64,000 nt of DNA, taken from contig JBEKCB010000005.1 of the NCBI GenBank assembly GCA_050015075.1, forward strand, positions 1-64,000, in the 5' to 3' direction. Shown in pieces: positions 62,599-64,000 of the stretch. The position numbers were made by a program, and so were the translations under genes. This stretch comes from Candidatus Brocadiia bacterium. Its GTDB lineage: Bacteria > Planctomycetota > Brocadiia > CAIUPP01. The notes beneath the pieces are model-generated. The model was not told the origin of the DNA and did no database searches. It saw only the letters and a list, made by a program, of their open reading frames with translations. How positions within the stretch are numbered: the stretch's first letter is position 1; every line of letters starts with the position of its first letter.

Positions 62599-63738
62599 CT
62601 ATTTGAACATCCGGTGCGCGGCTTCCGCGATGCGCTCAGGCGTCGGGAGCGCGAACTGCTCCAGCGGCGGGCTGAACGGAACGGGAATGTCGCGGCCGGC
62701 CACGCGCAGGATCGGCGCGTCGAGGTAGTCCATCGCCTTCTCGCCCAGGAGCGCCGCGATTTCGGCGCCGATGCCGCCGCGGCGCCAGTCCTCATGGACG
62801 ATCAGCGCGCGCGTCGTCCGGCGCACCGAGTCGAGGATCGTGTCCTCGTCGAGCGGAACCAGGCTGCGCAGGTCCACGACCTCGGCGTCAATGCCCTCCT
62901 TCACGAGCGTCTCCGCCGCCTGGAGCGCGTAGTAACTGCCGACGCCGTAGGCGATGATCGAGAGGTCGCGCCCGGGCCGGCGGATCGCCGCGGAGCCGAG
63001 CGGCACGATGTAGTCCTCCGCGGGCAGTTCCTCCTTCAGGCGGCGATAGAGATACTTGTACTCGAAGAAGAGCACCGGGTCGTCGTCGCGGATGGCGGCT
63101 TTGAGGAGTCCTTTGGCGTCGTACGGCGTGGCCGGCGCGACGATCTTCAGGCCGGGCGTGTGGAAGAACCACGCCTCGGGGTTCTGCGAGTGGAACATGC
63201 TGCCGTGCACGTTGCCGCCGGACGGGCAGCGCAGGACCCACGGGACGGAGAGTTTTCCGTTGTGGCGGTAGCGCATCGTCGCGGCCTGGTTGACGATCTG
63301 GTCGAAGGCGCAGGAGATGAAGTCGGCGAACTGCATTTCCGCGACGGGGCGCAGGCCGAGCGACGCCGCGCCGGTGGCCGCGCCGACGATCAGCGATTCC
63401 GCGATGGGCGTGTCTATGACGCGCTGCTCGCCGAACTCCTCGAAGAGTCCGTGCGTGACGCCGAATGCGCCGCCGTACGCGCCCACGTCCTCGCCGATGA
63501 TGAAGACGCAGGGGTCGCGCCGCATTTCCTCCTGGAGCGCCTGGCGGATCGCCTCAAGATAAGTGACCGCCTCGGGCTTAGCCGCCGCTTCGGCGTTCGG
63601 GGGCGTCTCATCACGCGCAGTACCCTGCGCGCTCTGGTCTAGCGCAGTATCCTGCGCGCGCTGGTCGCGCGCAGTACGCTGCGCGCTCTGGTCGCGCGCA
63701 GTACGCTGCGCGCTCTGGGGTCTCGCCGGTTCCGTCAT
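62599..63738 (-). CDS. 2-oxoacid dehydrogenase E1 beta subunit (pyruvate or branched-chain type)
   Basis: ATG 63738 overlaps the E1-alpha stop; GEDVGAYGG, DTPIAES, EMQFADF, HSQNPE, DAKGLLK; repeat-encoded N-terminal extension. Confidence 0.95.
   Translation of the reverse strand: MTEPARPQSAQRTARDQSAQRTARDQRAQDTALDQSAQGTARDETPPNAEAAAKPEAVTYLEAIRQALQEEMRRDPCVFIIGEDVGAYGGAFGVTHGLFEEFGEQRVIDTPIAESLIVGAATGAASLGLRPVAEMQFADFISCAFDQIVNQAATMRYRHNGKLSVPWVLRCPSGGNVHGSMFHSQNPEAWFFHTPGLKIVAPATPYDAKGLLKAAIRDDDPVLFFEYKYLYRRLKEELPAEDYIVPLGSAAIRRPGRDLSIIAYGVGSYYALQAAETLVKEGIDAEVVDLRSLVPLDEDTILDSVRRTTRALIVHEDWRRGGIGAEIAALLGEKAMDYLDAPILRVAGRDIPVPFSPPLEQFALPTPERIAEAAHRMFK
63610..63717. repeat. 4x 27-bp tandem repeat, each unit a hairpin, in frame in E1 beta
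   Basis: Unit gtc-gcgcgcag-tacg-ctgcgcgc-tctg; encodes QSAQRTARD-like nonapeptides. Confidence 0.92.
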
Positions 63739-64000
63739 GGCTCGCCTTCGGTGTAAAGATGGTCGAGCGCCTCGTGCGGCTCGGGGTACGGGCTTTTCTC
63801 GGCGAAGGCCACCGCTTCGTCCACCTCGCGGGTCGCGTCGGCGCGGTGCCGCTCGGCGATTTCGTCCGTGAGGACTTCCCGCTCGCGCAGGTAAAGCTCG
63901 TAACGCGGGATCGGGTCGCGGCTCTTCCACTCGAGGAACTCCTCGCTCTCGCGGTACGACGCGTCGTCATGCTCGGAGTGGCCGTGCCAGCGGTAGGTCT
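63735..64000 (-). CDS. 2-oxoacid dehydrogenase E1 alpha subunit, 3' end (partial)
   Basis: Manual translation TYRWHGHSEHDDASYR...WKSRDPI...AEKSPYPEP...EGEP*; conserved TYRxxGHS loop. Confidence 0.93.
   Translation of the reverse strand, partial: TYRWHGHSEHDDASYRESEEFLEWKSRDPIPRYELYLREREVLTDEIAERHRADATREVDEAVAFAEKSPYPEPHEALDHLYTEGEP

Noticed and set aside
63610-63717. CRISPR array
   Set aside because: The palindromic 27-bp units are directly adjacent with no spacers, lie in frame in a gene, and no cas genes are present.

Overview
A 64-kb, very GC-rich bacterial chromosomal window. Gene content and intergenic repeat style suggest an anaerobic PVC/Planctomycetota-like organism (inference). No rRNA, tRNA, CRISPR array, integrase or transposase was found. 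Left to right: (1) a lower-GC patch with a partial GT2 gene and two orphan membrane-protein genes; (2) an hfsABC-like operon (2Fe-2S protein, PAS-containing sensory [FeFe]-hydrogenase homologue lacking one H-cluster Cys, SpoIIE-type phosphatase); (3) addBA, mnmG, acpS, manC; (4) a Ser/Thr signalling cluster: an intact membrane kinase with an FGE/SUMF1 ectodomain, two FHA-pseudokinases, a lipoprotein with two secretin-like repeats and a TPR protein; (5) proS; (6) rmlC plus three tandem YfhO-like GT-C membrane proteins; (7) tatA/tatB, livHMGF, tatC; (8) a Moco synthesis/molybdate uptake operon with no moaD/moaE but a MOSC-MogA fusion; (9) converging on it, a cytoplasmic formate dehydrogenase operon whose NuoF-like subunit is fused to a GltD/NfnB-like FAD/NADP(H) module, followed by a pseudo-receiver-rubrerythrin gene; (10) citrate synthase, sucCD, an orphan padR with a duplicated palindromic promoter/operator, and E2/E1-beta/E1-alpha of a 2-oxoacid dehydrogenase. 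Several families of short palindromic or tandem repeats are scattered through the window, some in frame inside genes. All calls come from motif reading by eye; no searches were run. The best candidates for undescribed systems are the two-dinucleotide-site FDH with its pseudo-receiver/di-iron partner, the H-cluster-degenerate sensor operon, and the kinase/pseudokinase/secretin-like cluster.
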